Below are positions 47,435-57,673 of a DNA stretch of 64,000 nt, piece by piece. Below the pieces are notes generated by a model, which made no database searches, was not told the DNA's origin, and saw only the letters and a list, made by a program, of their open reading frames with translations. The translations under genes and the position numbers were made by a program. Numbering within the stretch: the stretch's first letter is position 1; each line of letters begins with the position of its first letter. Source of the DNA: Promethearchaeati archaeon SRVP18_Atabeyarchaeia-1 (GTDB taxonomy: Archaea; Asgardarchaeota; Atabeyarchaeia; Atabeyarchaeales; Atabeyarchaeaceae); contig CP147779.1 of the NCBI GenBank assembly GCA_037308085.1, positions 320,001-384,000 of the forward strand. The letters are read 5' to 3'.

Positions 47435-48832
47435 GTGACTTTTTTGGACGTCGAGGATATTTTCCGGGAATATGACATCCGTGGCGTGTTCAACCAAGAT
47501 TTGACCCCAGAGGTTATTTCAAAGATAGGGGTCGCATTTGGAACTTTTCTTCAGGGATCGGGCGAGGTGGTTGTCGGGAGAGACACTAGGGTAAGTAGCC
47601 AAATATTAGAGTCGATTTTCTCGTCCAGCCTAGCGTCCATGGGCTGCGATGTGACCACGGTCGGCATGGTTCCAATCTCAGTGGTCAATTTTTCTACCTG
47701 GAATAGGAAGCCCAAGGCTGGTGCGGTCGTTACGGCATCGCATAATCCTCCCGAGTATAATGGTCTGAGGTTTAGGCACAGCGACGGAACTGGGTACGTT
47801 AGCGAGAACAAGGCCATTCGTGACCTCTACTTCGGCGGGAGGTTTTTGAAGAAACGATGGAACGAAGTCGGAAGAATCGCCAGTATCGCCTCCAGTGAGA
47901 CCTTGACCAATTACTCAGGTTTTATTCGGGACCGAGTAAGGATTGGTAGGAAGCTAAGGGTTGCTTTAGATCCCGGCAATGGTGCGGCGTGTATTGTAGC
48001 CCCCACGTTGTTTAAAGAATTGGGGTTTGAGGTGTTCGCGATAAACGATAGACCTGACGGAACATTTCCAGGCAGGGATCCCGATCCGAGCGTTGAAGGT
48101 AGAGAAGTTCTAAGCGAGCTTTCTGAACTGGTCGCAAAATCGAAAGCTGATTTCGGCGTTGCCTATGATGGAGATGGAGACAGAGCTGTGTTCGTCGACG
48201 AAGTAGGGGAAAGGGCTATTCCAGAAAAGGTGGCAATACTTTTCGCCAATGAGTATCTGAACAAGGGGAAGAAGAAGATTGTGGCAAACGTATCTTGCTC
48301 CATGATTCTCGAAGACGAACTCTCTAAAGCGGGCGGGGAGGTAATAAGAGTCAGGGTCGGTGACGTCTTCATTACTGAGGCCATAAAGGTCTACAAAGCT
48401 GCTTTTGCCGTCGAGATTTCCAGTCACTTCTATTTCCCCGATTTCTATCCTTTCGACGATGGAATCTTGGCGAGCATCAAGCTAGCTGAAATACTGTCAC
48501 ATTCACACGAGGCTTTTTCAGAATACCTAAGGAAAATTAGGACCTACCCGAGCCTTAGGGAAAACGTAGAATGCCCTGACAGAATCAAGTTCAAGGTTAT
48601 TGAAATCATCAAAGAGAAGTACCAGAATGAGGGCTACAAGATCGACCTTGTTGATGGTATCCGCGTCGTCATGAGCGAAGGTTGGGGTCTCGTGAGGCAA
48701 TCCAACACTGAGCCGAAGATAAGGATCACTGTTGAGGGTCGCACCAAGGAGGCAAGCGAAAGATTATTATCTAAATTCAAGTTCGATGTAGCGAATGCCA
48801 TAAAGAAGATTGGAGGACTGCCACCGGCCTAA
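47435..48832 (+). CDS. Phosphomannomutase/phosphoglucomutase family
   Basis: FREYDIRG, TASHNP, DGDGDR. Confidence 0.93.
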   Translation: MTFLDVEDIFREYDIRGVFNQDLTPEVISKIGVAFGTFLQGSGEVVVGRDTRVSSQILESIFSSSLASMGCDVTTVGMVPISVVNFSTWNRKPKAGAVVTASHNPPEYNGLRFRHSDGTGYVSENKAIRDLYFGGRFLKKRWNEVGRIASIASSETLTNYSGFIRDRVRIGRKLRVALDPGNGAACIVAPTLFKELGFEVFAINDRPDGTFPGRDPDPSVEGREVLSELSELVAKSKADFGVAYDGDGDRAVFVDEVGERAIPEKVAILFANEYLNKGKKKIVANVSCSMILEDELSKAGGEVIRVRVGDVFITEAIKVYKAAFAVEISSHFYFPDFYPFDDGILASIKLAEILSHSHEAFSEYLRKIRTYPSLRENVECPDRIKFKVIEIIKEKYQNEGYKIDLVDGIRVVMSEGWGLVRQSNTEPKIRITVEGRTKEASERLLSKFKFDVANAIKKIGGLPPA

Positions 48833-48976
48833 CGCAAACAGGTGTGTGCGACGCCTCAAATCCTGCCTAGGCCCAAAGGAATAATCAAAGAAAGGGCTAT
48901 ATAGTGAAACCCTATTATGCCAATGGCAATCCACTTTCCAATGGTAGTCTACGAATGATAGAGGTGAAGTCATGAA

Positions 48977-49381
48977 TTGCCAAAAGCCTTCACATTCAGA
49001 GGCCTTTCAGTAGAAGAGCTGGAGAAACTGCCAATGGATGAGTTCGCGAAGCTCCTTCCATCTCGTCAGAGAAGAAGCTTATCACGAGGTCTTCCACCCA
49101 GACACAAGAAGTTGCTTGAGAATCTGAGACGCGCGCATAGAGCGCTTAGGAAAGGCAAGAAGGTGACTGTCAGAACCCACGATAGGGACATGGTCATACT
49201 CCCTGAGATGGTTGAGGTGAGCGTGTCAATCTACAATGGAAAGGAGTTCATCCCCATCGAGATAAGGCCCGAGATGATAGGACACTATCTTGGAGAGTAC
49301 TCGCCTCCCTGCAAGAAAGTCTCACATGGCAACCCAGGCATAGGTGCAACCAAGTCCTCAGCTTACGTACCACTCAAGTAA
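48977..49381 (+). CDS. rps19: Ribosomal protein uS19
   Basis: RTHDRDM.ILPEM, MIGHYLGE, GIGAT.SS. Confidence 0.96.
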   Translation: MPKAFTFRGLSVEELEKLPMDEFAKLLPSRQRRSLSRGLPPRHKKLLENLRRAHRALRKGKKVTVRTHDRDMVILPEMVEVSVSIYNGKEFIPIEIRPEMIGHYLGEYSPPCKKVSHGNPGIGATKSSAYVPLK

Positions 49382-49539
49382 AGATCAGAGCTTACAAGTC
49401 GTATTTATGCAGATGCGATTGGTTTATATACTTATTAGAGGTCTCAAAACTCTGCAATTGGAATTGGATTTGTTCAGCCAGTGGTGCCTTCGAGCCACTA
49501 CTACTTCGGGACGAAATACTGGTGAGATGAAAGCCTAAA

Positions 49540-50016
49540 ATGCCAAGTTATGGATACTCAATAATGGGGGTAGACCCAGACAAAACCGTGAAGGCCAGTG
49601 GACGGGATCTACGTATCTCACCCAAGAAAACGGCAGAAGTCTGCAGGGAATTGAACGGAATGAAGCTTGAAGAAGCTAGAGGAATGCTTGAAGAAGTCGT
49701 CAGCATGACCAGAATGATGCCGTTTCGCCGACATAAGAAGAAGCTTGGCCACCATGCCAACAAACTTAGGGAATACAAGTGGTTTGCTGGCGGTTATCCT
49801 GTTAAGGTTGCGACGCGTATCCTAGCGATCCTGAAGAATGCTGAGAGTAACGCTGACTACAAGGGACTTGATGTCGATAGACTCAAGATTATCCATGCCT
49901 CGGTTGATCTGGGACCAAAACTGAGGAGGTTTACGCCCAGGGCTTTTGGCAGAAGTTCGCCGAAATACGAGCAGCTCACAAGAGTCCAAGTGGTCCTCGA
50001 AGAAATGCCAGAGTAG
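49540..50016 (+). CDS. rpl22: Ribosomal protein uL22
   Basis: ISPK...EVC, YP.K, NAESNA..KGLD, PRAFGR. Confidence 0.96.
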   Translation: MPSYGYSIMGVDPDKTVKASGRDLRISPKKTAEVCRELNGMKLEEARGMLEEVVSMTRMMPFRRHKKKLGHHANKLREYKWFAGGYPVKVATRILAILKNAESNADYKGLDVDRLKIIHASVDLGPKLRRFTPRAFGRSSPKYEQLTRVQVVLEEMPE

Positions 50017-50031
50017 AGGTCGAATTCTGAT

Positions 50032-50910
50032 TTGCCCATAAAAACTCATTTCGTGCTGAAGGGTCTGCAGAGAGTTCGCGTAGACGAATACCTTGAAAGG
50101 GAACTCAAGAGAGCTGGGTACGGTGGAGTTGATATTCAAAAAACACCGTTAGGAACGAGGTTTACCATTTATGCCACGAGACCTGGTTTTGTAATCGGGA
50201 GAAGAGGGAAGACTGTGCGTGAACTCACTGAATCTTTGAAGCAAGCTTTCGCAGTCGATAACCCTCAGATTGAAGTTGCAGAGGTTGAGATTCCAGAGTT
50301 TGACGCAAAGATAATGGCAAGCAAGCTTGCCTCATCCCTTGAGCGCGGATTTCAGTATAGAAGGGCAGTTTACTCGGTGCTGAGAAGAATAATGGAGGCC
50401 GGCGCTAAGGGAACTGAGATTACTATTAGCGGTAAACTTTCGAGCCAGCGTGCTCGTTACCAGAAGTTCAAGGACGGCGTCGTCACCAAAAGTGGCGAGC
50501 CAGTCAAAACCTTCGTCAGAGAGGCCACATCTCCCGCCTTCATGAAGCCTGGTGTGATGGGAGTAAGAGTTGTGATAATGCTTCCGGGCGAGCTACCTGA
50601 TAAGATAAAGGTCAAGTACCCTGAAATAGTCCAGCCCGCCGCCCAACCTCCGGCCGCCAAGCCAGAACTTCCTAAGGAAGAGGCCCCCAAGACTCAGGAG
50701 ACAATAGTCAATACTGAAACAAAACCGACTGGAATCGGTCCGGAGGAAATCAAAGAAGGAAAAGCCGTCACTGAGATCAGAGAGACCCAGCCACTGCAGG
50801 AACCAGAAAAGGCAGCTCAAGAGGCTGCGAAAGAACCCAGCGGGAAGAAACCTCGAGAAAAGAAGGAATCGAAGAAGAGTGGGAGAAAGAAGGAGAAGAA
50901 GGGGAAGTAG
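50032..50910 (+). CDS. rps3: Ribosomal protein uS3 with a long charged C-terminal tail
   Basis: KTPLGT, RPG.VIGRRG, GAKG.EI.ISGK. Confidence 0.96.
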   Translation: MPIKTHFVLKGLQRVRVDEYLERELKRAGYGGVDIQKTPLGTRFTIYATRPGFVIGRRGKTVRELTESLKQAFAVDNPQIEVAEVEIPEFDAKIMASKLASSLERGFQYRRAVYSVLRRIMEAGAKGTEITISGKLSSQRARYQKFKDGVVTKSGEPVKTFVREATSPAFMKPGVMGVRVVIMLPGELPDKIKVKYPEIVQPAAQPPAAKPELPKEEAPKTQETIVNTETKPTGIGPEEIKEGKAVTEIRETQPLQEPEKAAQEAAKEPSGKKPREKKESKKSGRKKEKKGK

Positions 50911-50916
50911 TTATCA

Positions 50917-51132
50917 ATGGCGATACTCCGCATGAAGGAGATTAGGGGATTAACCCCCGCGGAAAGAGGGAAGAAGCTTGATGAGCTCAGGGCCGAGCTA
51001 ACAAGATCAAGAGCACTTCGGACAGGGGGAGGGACTGTAGAGAGCCCTGGCAGAATAAAGGAGATACGCAGAGCAATAGCCAGGATATTGACTGTGAATA
51101 GGGAAGCAGAACCTGTAGCCAAAGGGGGATGA
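50917..51132 (+). CDS. rpl29: Ribosomal protein uL29
   Basis: MAILR..EIR...PGRIKEIRRAIARILT. Confidence 0.95.
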   Translation: MAILRMKEIRGLTPAERGKKLDELRAELTRSRALRTGGGTVESPGRIKEIRRAIARILTVNREAEPVAKGG

Positions 51133-51138
51133 CACAGG

Positions 51139-51435
51139 ATCAGAATTACGCCAGAGAACTTGACACGCCAAGAATTGATTGGGTTACACGCAAGGATAAT
51201 ACGGAGCACCCACCAAGGATACGTAGACTTGGAAGGCCCCATAATAATGGAATCGCGCAACATGATTGTTCTGCAAAGACGTGGCCCTACACAAGTCAGG
51301 ATACCCAAGAGATCAGTCATTCTGGAGATCTCGACCCCTGATAACCAGAAGGTCAGGATTCTTGGAAGCGAAATAGTAGGGCGACCAGAGAATAGGATAA
51401 AGATGAAGAAGAGGAAGAACGCCCGAAGATTTTGA
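51139..51435 (+). CDS. rpp29: RNase P protein Rpp29/Pop4 (probable ATC start at 51139; TTG at 51160)
   Basis: RITPENLTRQELIGL...G.I..ESRN...IPK...G..I.GRPE.R. Confidence 0.88.
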   Translation: MRITPENLTRQELIGLHARIIRSTHQGYVDLEGPIIMESRNMIVLQRRGPTQVRIPKRSVILEISTPDNQKVRILGSEIVGRPENRIKMKKRKNARRF

Positions 51436-51605
51436 AACCGGAAAGAAAGCGACTCGAAAGTCTTTTATACGGAAGACCTTATTTTGCCATCCTAAAGGGT
51501 TATCTTCGGTGAGCAGGTAACAATAACCTAACATGAATCACTGATATTCTGCCATCATGGATCCGCGCCGTCACTTGATAGACTCACGATTGTGTTAAGA
51601 GGTAA

Positions 51606-51938
51606 GTGCTCATGAAGCGAAGCATAGGACTTGATGTGAACCCACCCAAGAGCAAGTGTGAAGACGAGTTATGTCCCTTCCATGGAAGCCTTCCTGTTAG
51701 AGGCAGAGTGTTTGAGGGCACAGTCGTAAGCGGAAAAATGCCGAATACCGTTGTTGTCAGAAAGGAATACTTGTACTATGTCAAGAAGTACATGAGATAT
51801 GAGAGGAGAGGAAAGCATCTACACGCGCACAACCCTCCATGCATCTCGGCAAAAGATGGGGATGAGGTGAGGATTGCCGAGTGTCGACCGCTCAGCAAAA
51901 CGGTCTCATTCGTCGTCATCGAAAAGAAGGAGAAATAA
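51606..51938 (+). CDS. rps17: Ribosomal protein uS17
   Basis: [29 protein letters not shown]. Confidence 0.96.
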   Translation: MLMKRSIGLDVNPPKSKCEDELCPFHGSLPVRGRVFEGTVVSGKMPNTVVVRKEYLYYVKKYMRYERRGKHLHAHNPPCISAKDGDEVRIAECRPLSKTVSFVVIEKKEK

Positions 51939-51991
51939 CTCACGATTAATCCAAGACATAGAAGCCCAGACAGGTTAAGGAGGTTCTGAGA

Positions 51992-52411
51992 TTGGCCAAG
52001 AGAATAAAAATACAGATCGGCAACAAGCCCAGAATTAGCAGGGGTTTACCAGTCGGGTCACTCATAACTGCTGCCGACAACTCCGGAGCCAAAGTGCTCA
52101 AGATAATCGCGGTTCCCAGTCATAAGACTAGACTGAACCGTTTTCCTTCGGCGAGTGTTGCAGACATGGTTGTGACTTCCGTCAAAAAGGGTACGCCCGA
52201 AATGAGGAGAAAGATTGTCAGGGCAGTTATCGTCAGACAACGAAAGTCCTATAGACGACCAGATGGAGCTTGGGTTGCCTTTGAAGACAATGCCGCAATT
52301 GTTGTCAGTCCAGAGGGAGAGCCACAGGGGAGCGAAGCACGCGGTCCAGTGGCAAAGGAAGCGGCCGAGAGATGGTCAAAGATCGCAACCATAGCCAGCA
52401 TAGTTGTCTAG
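51992..52411 (+). CDS. rpl14: Ribosomal protein uL14
   Basis: ADNSGAK, VKKG.PEMR, FEDNA, GPVAKEAA. Confidence 0.96.
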   Translation: MAKRIKIQIGNKPRISRGLPVGSLITAADNSGAKVLKIIAVPSHKTRLNRFPSASVADMVVTSVKKGTPEMRRKIVRAVIVRQRKSYRRPDGAWVAFEDNAAIVVSPEGEPQGSEARGPVAKEAAERWSKIATIASIVV

Positions 52412-52473
52412 CAACCTTTGGCGGTTGCCAAATAACGGCGACTACGGCAATTGTCGCTGGAGTAGGAGAAAAC

Positions 52474-52848
52474 ATGAAGTCAAAGAGCCCCAGAAAGCAA
52501 AGAAAAGCTATTTATGATGCCCCACTTCACAGAAGGAGAAAAGCTTTGGTGGCGCAACTGTCAAGAGAACTCAGAGAGAAGTATGGCGTGAGAAATCTCC
52601 CAGTGAGAAAGGAAGATGAAGTGATGATTAGAGACGGCATGTTCTCTGGAATTCAAGGCAAGGTCAGCAAGATTGACCACAAAAATTATGCGATCCTCGT
52701 CGATGGGGTGACGGCCGAGAAGACTAGCGGTCAGTCTTATTTTGTCCCCGTCAAGCCGTCACATGTCACGATTGTCAGATTGAAGATGGATGACTGGCGC
52801 AACAAAATACTAAAACGCAAAGGAGCCGAAATAAAGGAGGAGAAATAG
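52474..52848 (+). CDS. rpl24: Ribosomal protein uL24
   Basis: SKSPRKQRK...APLH, LS.ELR.KYG.R..PVR. Confidence 0.95.
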   Translation: MKSKSPRKQRKAIYDAPLHRRRKALVAQLSRELREKYGVRNLPVRKEDEVMIRDGMFSGIQGKVSKIDHKNYAILVDGVTAEKTSGQSYFVPVKPSHVTIVRLKMDDWRNKILKRKGAEIKEEK

Positions 52849-53622
52849 ATGGCTAGGAAAGGAGCGAGAAGGCACCTGAAGAGACTCGCAGCTCCGAGAA
52901 ACTGGAGAATACCTCGTGGCCGATATTCGTGGGCTGTTCGACCACACTGTGGACCACACCCGATAAACACTTCTATGCCGCTCCTCAATCTCGTGAAATT
53001 GGTCCTCGCCCCAAGCTACACTGCTAGGGAAGCTAGGCATGTGCTGTTTCAGGGGAAAGTCCTGATCGACGGAGTGAAGCGAAGCGATTACAAGTTCCCA
53101 GTCGGCTTGATGGATGTGGTGTCAGTCCCTGCAACGGATAGGGTTTACAGAATTCTTCCACTACCCGTTCGAGGACTTACTCTCCATCCTATAGCGAAAA
53201 CCGAAGCAGGGTTCAAGCTCTGCAGAGTAATTAGCAAAGTATCCACGAGGGGAGGAAACCTCCAGATAAATCTCCATGACGGAAGAAACATTCTAGTAAA
53301 GAAAGATGAAGCAAATAAGGAGCTCTCGAGTGTCAAGACGCATGATACACTGAAGATAGAGGTTCCAAGTCAGAAGATCATTGAAACCGTGAAATATGAG
53401 CAAGGAACTCTTGTCTTGATCAGCGGTGGCAAGAACGTGAGTATGATCGGACGCGTCGAAAAGATTCATGAACCCAAAGGCGCTAACCTGTCCACCGACG
53501 TTTCGCTCAGAATAAGTGAAGAGAAGACCATCGAAGTTCCTAGAGACTATACCTTTGCAATAGGAAAAGAAGAGTCCCTCATATCATACCCGAAGCCAGA
53601 AGAACAGCAGGACAAACAGTGA
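52849..53622 (+). CDS. rps4e: Ribosomal protein eS4
   Basis: HLKRLAAP, GPH, FPVGLMDV, KLCR, LHDGRN. Confidence 0.96.
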   Translation: MARKGARRHLKRLAAPRNWRIPRGRYSWAVRPHCGPHPINTSMPLLNLVKLVLAPSYTAREARHVLFQGKVLIDGVKRSDYKFPVGLMDVVSVPATDRVYRILPLPVRGLTLHPIAKTEAGFKLCRVISKVSTRGGNLQINLHDGRNILVKKDEANKELSSVKTHDTLKIEVPSQKIIETVKYEQGTLVLISGGKNVSMIGRVEKIHEPKGANLSTDVSLRISEEKTIEVPRDYTFAIGKEESLISYPKPEEQQDKQ

Positions 53623-53680
53623 CTCAATGCTGAACTGATCAAGATCCCTACTGGAAGCAACAGAAACAGAAACGCTTTTG

Positions 53681-53827
53681 CTAGGATAGCTTCTTGAAGC
53701 CCAGCTTCTCAGAGACTTCCCTGAAGCAACGGCGGCAGAGGTTTAGCTTATATCGCCTTATTATTGCCTGATGAGAGCCACATCGCGAGCACTGCCTGCT
53801 ACCTTTTCCGTATCGAACTTTGACCAA
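53681..53827 (-). CDS. rps14: Ribosomal protein uS14 (Zn-binding), inverted relative to the operon; not in the ORF track
   Basis: TTG start after GGAGG: [48 protein letters not shown]. Confidence 0.93.
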   Translation of the reverse strand: MVKVRYGKGSRQCSRCGSHQAIIRRYKLNLCRRCFREVSEKLGFKKLS

Positions 53828-54006
53828 ACTGAGATCCTCCGGTTCATGACCGAGCTAAACTGTTAGGCGAGAAATAATGAGGATTATGCTTAATAAAGCT
53901 TTACATCGCTTGGACAATGCATTACCCAAAACTTAAATGCGAATGCATGTAAATCAAAGATAGCTGGTCTTGTTCAACTGACGGATCATAGGAGGTCGTC
54001 TAGCTA

Positions 54007-54555
54007 ATGGAGAACGTCGACCAAATAGCGAAGAAGTGGGAAGGAAACCCGATGCTTATGCCCAAAATAAGTGGCGTGGTCGTAAATTGCGCGGTAGGAA
54101 AGTCTGGTGAGCCTCTTCAGAAGGCCATGAAGCTAGTCGAGGAGATAACGGGTCAGAAACCTGCTCAATGCAAAGCAAAGCAGACCGTAAGAGAGTTTGG
54201 TATAAGGAAAGATGAGCCAATCTCATGCAAAGTCACTCTTAGGGGAGACCGTGCAATCGACTTCCTGAAGAGGGCATTGAGCGTAGTTGACTTCAAGTTG
54301 AAGGAGCGGAGTTTTGACGATCAAGGCAATGTGTCTTTTGGAATAAAGGAACACATTCAGCTGCCTGGAGTAAGATATGATCCAGATATGGGCATAATTG
54401 GATTTGACGTAGCCATTACAGTGGAGAGAAAGGGCCGTAGAATTTCCAAGAGGCGCCGAATCAGGAGATCTGTCCCAGAGGCTCACAGGGTCGGAAAGAC
54501 TGAAGCAATGGCCTTCTTGCAGAAGACCTTAGGGGTGAAGATTGTTGGTTCGTAG
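54007..54555 (+). CDS. rpl5: Ribosomal protein uL5
   Basis: NPM..P, GQKP, FGIRK.EP, GN.SFGI.EHI, YDP..GI.G. Confidence 0.96.
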   Translation: MENVDQIAKKWEGNPMLMPKISGVVVNCAVGKSGEPLQKAMKLVEEITGQKPAQCKAKQTVREFGIRKDEPISCKVTLRGDRAIDFLKRALSVVDFKLKERSFDDQGNVSFGIKEHIQLPGVRYDPDMGIIGFDVAITVERKGRRISKRRRIRRSVPEAHRVGKTEAMAFLQKTLGVKIVGS

Positions 54556-54918
54556 GGTCACTTTCAGCCAGACCTTCAAGGCAGTAATCCAGTTCACCAG
54601 GTAACCAAGACATTTAACTTTGATTTCTTCGCGCGTATCCCAAACACGCCGCCGACTCTTCTCATCCTTCTCTTGCGATTTCACGGAGCCGGGCTTTGTC
54701 TTCTAAGAAGAACTGCTGGCAGAAGATGCACTTTGAAACCATGACTTCCTCAATAAGCGCGCTAACTCCCATGGTGACAAATTCAAAAACGCCTAAAAAA
54801 AGAGGCGTGTGGAAAGTCCATTTGGATACATCGGTTTTTCTTCAAGCAACCTTTTGTATGTATAGCGCGCGCTATTAATTAGGCGTAATAGCAAAGTGTT
54901 ATTTGAGGTAAAAATGAA

Positions 54919-55122
54919 ATGCCAATAGTTCAAGTTTCTGTTTGGGAGGGCATTAGCCCTGAGAACAAGAAGAAAACAGTCGAAGGGATAACTAAAGTTT
55001 TTGAAGATTTAGGAGTTCCCAAGGAAGCAGTCGAGATCGTCATTTATGAAGCGCCAAAGAGCAATTGGGCAACAGGTGGACAATTGCATTCAGAAAGACA
55101 CGCACACACGCGCTCGCTATAA
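54919..55122 (+). CDS. 4-oxalocrotonate tautomerase family protein
   Basis: N-terminal M-P, ~66 aa, V.I.I.E....NWATGG. Confidence 0.85.
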   Translation: MPIVQVSVWEGISPENKKKTVEGITKVFEDLGVPKEAVEIVIYEAPKSNWATGGQLHSERHAHTRSL

Positions 55123-55543
55123 GCAGCGCCACTTCCTCAGCCATAAAACCAGTGTTAGAACCGCAAACATACTCATATCCACAGACTGACAACTTATGTA
55201 ACGCGCGCGCTGCCATTCCAAGACTGCCACATTAATCCCGTCTGCCCGTACTGATATGCGTACACCATTCCACTAATGTTCTTCAAAAAAAGGGGGGAAG
55301 TTTGAGTGTTGCCTACTACTCCGGTGGATCATCTCCTCCTCCAGACCATCGAAAAGTCTTTAAGGTTTAACTCGGTTCTAATCCGCACCGCAACTGCTCC
55401 GTATACCCGTGTTTGGAACACATATCCTGTGAACGAAACATTTAATTTACAGTGTATTTTATGAGAAATAATACTCCTCCGTTTGGGAATTTGTAATGAG
55501 CTTGTTTGGCTCTGATATTCATCATTTCCATTGGGTGATATAA

Positions 55544-55936
55544 GTGACAAGACTTGACTTGCTGTCAGACGCGCTCTCAAACATCTGGAATCATGAGATA
55601 ATCGGGCATAGGGAGGTAGTCTTGAAGCCAGCTTCAAAGCTGATAGGTGCGGTACTACGAGTCATGCAGAAGACCGGCTACATAGGTGAATTCGAGTTCA
55701 TCGATGATTCCAGAACAGGGATATTCAAAGTTCAACTTCTGGGTAGAATAAGCAAGTGCCGAGTTATCAAACCAAGATTCCCAGTAGGGAAAGACGCGTA
55801 TGAGAACTGGGAAAAGAGGTACCTTCCATCGAGGGACTTCGGACTGCTTATTGTATCGACACCTCAGGGAGTGTTGTCCCACCAGGAAGCTAGAAGCAAG
55901 GGCCTAGGTGGACGCCTACTTGCGTTTGTATACTAG
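55544..55936 (+). CDS. rps8: Ribosomal protein uS8
   Basis: D.LS.AL..I, GYIGEFE.IDD, IVST.QG, GG.LLA.VY. Confidence 0.96.
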   Translation: MTRLDLLSDALSNIWNHEIIGHREVVLKPASKLIGAVLRVMQKTGYIGEFEFIDDSRTGIFKVQLLGRISKCRVIKPRFPVGKDAYENWEKRYLPSRDFGLLIVSTPQGVLSHQEARSKGLGGRLLAFVY

Positions 55937-56008
55937 CATTCGGTTTAAACCAGCTGATGATCTGAAGACTCGATCCATAAGTATAGCATTCCAAGAAGGG
56001 AAGGTATA

Positions 56009-56572
56009 ATGAGCGTTTTGGGAGAAGAGGTAAAAATCCCCCAGGGAGTAACGGCAAAAATAGAAGGAATGAGGATCCAGATCAAGGGACCCAAAGGACA
56101 AGTCCAACGTGACTTCTCGCATGCTAGCTCGATTGAGATTCAGAAGTCAAGCGGAGGTTTGACCATTCGAGCGCTTTCGGATAGGAGGCGTGCCAAATCC
56201 CTTGTGGGAACTCTGAAGACCGAAATCAATAACATGATACTGGGAGTAACGAAGGGATTCACGTATAAGCTCAAGATGGCGAGCTCCCATTTCCCTATTA
56301 GCGTCAAGGTTGATAAAGATAAGCACATAGTCAATATTGAGAATTTCATAGGCGAGCGCTATCCCAGGACTGCCAACATCGATGGGGAAGTCGATGTTGC
56401 AGTCAAAGGAGACGACGTAATAGTCTCTGGAGCTGACAAAGGATCAGTAGGCCAGACTAGCACTAACATAGGAAGAGCCTGCAGAATCAAAGACAAAGAT
56501 CCTAGAGTGTTCCAGGACGGGATATACCTCTACGAGACTTTCTGTGGAGACGAATCGATCGGGAAGATTTGA
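56009..56572 (+). CDS. rpl6: Ribosomal protein uL6
   Basis: GPKG, GVTKGF.YK, HFP, NF.GE, D.RVFQDGIY. Confidence 0.96.
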   Translation: MSVLGEEVKIPQGVTAKIEGMRIQIKGPKGQVQRDFSHASSIEIQKSSGGLTIRALSDRRRAKSLVGTLKTEINNMILGVTKGFTYKLKMASSHFPISVKVDKDKHIVNIENFIGERYPRTANIDGEVDVAVKGDDVIVSGADKGSVGQTSTNIGRACRIKDKDPRVFQDGIYLYETFCGDESIGKI

Positions 56573-56584
56573 GAAGAATATGAG

Positions 56585-57181
56585 GTGCCACTAATGGGTC
56601 AAAAGAAGCCAAGTGACAAAGCACTCCAAGCTAGACGCAAGGTTAAGGCAAAGAAGCCTGACTTCGTTAGGTACGAGAGTTGGCGTTACACAAGACTCAG
56701 GGAGTCTTCGTGGAGAAGGCAGAAAGGTCTGGACAACAAAGTTCGGTTGAAGCTGAAGGGCTGGGAAGTCAGCCCAAATGTCGGCTATCGAGGTCCACGC
56801 GTCGCGCGCGACTTGCATCCATCTGGTTACAGGGAGATTATCGTTCACAATTCGGAGGAGCTTGAGGGAATCGATCCCAAGAAATATGCCGTCAGAATCG
56901 CGCATACGGTCGGGACGAGGAAGAGAATGCTAATACTTGGCAAGACAGAGGAACTGGGCCTGAAAGTCCTGAATCCTGTTTCAGAGATAACGCCCTCTCC
57001 TGCGGAAGTCGAAGCCCCCAGTAAGGGAAAGCAGATAAAAGAGGGAGAAGCTTCTCCGCAGAAGGAAGCTGAGAAGGCGAAGGGAAAGCCAAAAGAAGAG
57101 AAGAAGAAGAAGAAAGGCGCCGAGAGTAAACCCAAAGAGGTCAAAAAGAAGAGTTCGAAGAAGGACAAGAGTAAGAAGTAG
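56585..57181 (+). CDS. rpl32e: Ribosomal protein eL32 with Lys-rich tail
   Basis: P.F.R, WRR.KG, GY, HPSG. Confidence 0.95.
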   Translation: MPLMGQKKPSDKALQARRKVKAKKPDFVRYESWRYTRLRESSWRRQKGLDNKVRLKLKGWEVSPNVGYRGPRVARDLHPSGYREIIVHNSEELEGIDPKKYAVRIAHTVGTRKRMLILGKTEELGLKVLNPVSEITPSPAEVEAPSKGKQIKEGEASPQKEAEKAKGKPKEEKKKKKGAESKPKEVKKKSSKKDKSKK

Positions 57182-57211
57182 GCCTTAACTGCGACACACA
57201 GGAGGTAATCT

Positions 57212-57667
57212 TTGTTGAGTCTGAGAACCCAAAGAAGACTTGCGTCCCACATAATGAAGATTGGCGAAAACAGGGTCTGGATAGATCCTACAAGAATCGA
57301 CGACGTGGCTATGGCTATCCGAAGAGAAGACATGCAGAAACTAATAAAGGAAGGGGTGATTAGGGCACTCCCGGAGGTCGGAGTAAGCAGGGGTAGAGCA
57401 AGAGTTCTACACCTCAAGAGGAAGAAGGGACTAAGACACGGGCCTGGCAGCCGGAAAGGCGCCATGCACTCTGTGATCCCGAAGAAAAGGATATGGGTGT
57501 TGATGGTTCGCCGTCTTCGAACCTACTCCAGGGGACTCAAGAGCATGAAGATGATTGACAGGCGGACATACCGAATGCTTTATAGGATGATCAAAGGCGC
57601 TTTCTTCAAAAGCACCTCTGATATCGATGACTACTTGAAACAGCACGGATTGATTAGGAGGAAATGA
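57212..57667 (+). CDS. rpl19e: Ribosomal protein eL19
   Basis: L..QRRLA, RVWIDP, SRGR, G.GSRKG. Confidence 0.96.
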   Translation: MLSLRTQRRLASHIMKIGENRVWIDPTRIDDVAMAIRREDMQKLIKEGVIRALPEVGVSRGRARVLHLKRKKGLRHGPGSRKGAMHSVIPKKRIWVLMVRRLRTYSRGLKSMKMIDRRTYRMLYRMIKGAFFKSTSDIDDYLKQHGLIRRK

Positions 57668-57673
57668 ACGTAA

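Noticed and set aside
55123-55543. Possible gene remnant or ORF 55329-55637
   Set aside because: No coherent frame or motif, and it overlaps rps8 antisense.
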